This document shows, piece by piece, positions 23,131-24,000 of a stretch of 24,000 bases of DNA. The stretch comes from Faecalibaculum rodentium (lineage in GTDB: Bacteria; Bacillota_I; Bacilli_A; Erysipelotrichales; Erysipelotrichaceae), in the NCBI RefSeq assembly GCF_001564455.1, contig NZ_CP011391.1, positions 2,091,391-2,115,390 on the forward strand, read 5' to 3'. The notes beneath the pieces are model-generated. The model was not told the origin of the DNA. It saw nothing but the letters and a program-made list of their open reading frames with translations, and searched no databases. The translations under genes and the position numbers were made by a program. Within the stretch, counting starts at the first letter, position 1, and each line of letters starts with the position of its first letter.

Positions 23131-23844
23131 ATGAAACGGAAAGAAATCAGAGAGAGCCTGTGTCGCGGACAGCCGGGTTCAGTGGCAGCCGGGCTGCAGG
23201 ATCTGGCGGATCCCGTATATCAGGCGTTTTTTGCCCGTCTGGTCCCGGAGGGCGAAGTGCTGGGGGTGAAGATGCCGGCGCTGCGGACCTGGGCGAAGGG
23301 GCTGTCCGAAGAGGAAAGGCAGTCTTTTATGACACACCTTCCCCATCGGTATGTGGAGGAGAACCAGGCGCATGTGCTCATGATCAACGAGATACGGGAG
23401 TTTGGGGCAGCGGCAGATGCCCTGCGAAGATTTGCACCCTTTGCGGACAACTGGGCTGTGACGGATGCCCTCAATCCCCGGGCGTTCCGGTGCGATCCGG
23501 ATACGGAGTCCCTGGCCTGTGAGCTGCTGAGGGATGACAATCCCTATGCGGTGCGGATGGGCATGCTGATCCTGATGCGGCGGTTTCTGAAGACCGATCC
23601 ACACCTGCCGCAGATCCTGGCCGTCAGGCGCAGCCATGACACGCTGGCGATGATGACCGCCTGGTTTCTGGCAGAGCTGGCCATCCACGATCCGGAAGCG
23701 GTTCTGGATGTCATCGATACGCTGGACTGGGCAACAGCAAAGCGCCTCGGTCAGAAAGTGCGGGATTCCAGGCGGATCGGGCAGAATGTCAAGGACCGGA
23801 TTTCCGAAGCTTGCCGAAGACGCAGACCGATGCCGGTGCACTGA
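23131..23844 (+). CDS. DNA alkylation repair protein (AlkD-like HEAT-repeat family)
   Basis: 237 aa. LADPVYQAFFARLVP..LGVKMPALRTWAK, LPHRYVEENQAHVLMI, FADNWAVTDAL and YAVRMGMLILMRRFL match the pattern of the DNA_alkylation family. The antisense ORF 23179..23841 is Arg/Pro/Gly-rich and unrecognisable. Confidence 0.8.
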   Translation: MKRKEIRESLCRGQPGSVAAGLQDLADPVYQAFFARLVPEGEVLGVKMPALRTWAKGLSEEERQSFMTHLPHRYVEENQAHVLMINEIREFGAAADALRRFAPFADNWAVTDALNPRAFRCDPDTESLACELLRDDNPYAVRMGMLILMRRFLKTDPHLPQILAVRRSHDTLAMMTAWFLAELAIHDPEAVLDVIDTLDWATAKRLGQKVRDSRRIGQNVKDRISEACRRRRPMPVH

Positions 23845-23879
23845 GGCAGAAGCCGGAGCGCATAGGATCGTCCCGGGTG

Positions 23880-24000
23880 TCAGGCAGCAGCCATTTTCTG
23901 CAGGATGTTCCCGACCAGTTCCCTGCTGCAGCCTGAGGCCTGCGCAATGGTTTCCGGATCGCGGATGCCCTGACGCAGCATGGCCAGGACCTGGTCCAGG
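23880..24000 (-). CDS. C-terminal fragment (39 aa) of an unidentified protein; 5' part lies outside the window
   Basis: Hand translation gives ..LDQVLAMLRQGIRDPETIAQASGCSRELVGNILQKMAAA, ending at TGA (23882..23880). It is open to the window edge and looks like a helix-turn-helix. No family assignment is possible. Confidence 0.35.
   Translation of the reverse strand, partial: LDQVLAMLRQGIRDPETIAQASGCSRELVGNILQKMAAA

Overview
Almost every supported gene in this window is on the minus strand. Shine-Dalgarno-type RBSs, glycyl-radical enzymology and the gene families suggest an anaerobic Firmicute (Clostridia-like); this is inference only. There are three blocks.

(1) 1-8480 is part of a cell-surface polysaccharide (EPS/CPS/O-antigen-type) locus. 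It holds two DUF4422 putative glycosyltransferases, a GT4 and a GT2, a Wzy-like polymerase, a Wzx flippase, a frameshifted acyltransferase-3 gene and an LTA-synthase/sulfatase-family gene. The genes are tightly packed, with ATGA/GTGA stop-start overlaps. Composition drops visibly to AT-rich DNA over about 5846-8797.

(2) 8798-14055 is an accessory islet. It holds a roughly 965-aa single polypeptide that fuses an archaeo-eukaryotic-primase (AEP)-like domain to an SF2 DExH helicase and a C-terminal PLD-like-looking domain. It also holds a divergent, very acidic 76-aa ORF. The third element is a three-gene toxin / HTH-antitoxin / SecB-like chaperone (TAC-type) cassette, bracketed by two directly repeated copies of a terminator-like hairpin.

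(3) 14061-24000 carries metabolic and housekeeping genes: an FMN reductase, then an operon of a glycyl radical enzyme (GCVE eliminase type), its activase and a fructose-6-phosphate-aldolase-type gene. That operon lies behind a 650-bp control region with two repeat modules built from CGTGAGA half-sites and 16-bp palindromes. Next come a DeoR-family regulator translationally coupled to proC, then corA, rsmD, an AlkD-like DNA alkylation repair gene and a partial C-terminal gene fragment.

The best candidates for something new are the AEP-helicase conflict-system-like gene with its acidic neighbour, and the SecB-like TAC cassette. No rRNA, tRNA, CRISPR array, transposase or integrase was recognised. 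Long plus-strand ORFs antisense to GC-rich genes were rejected.
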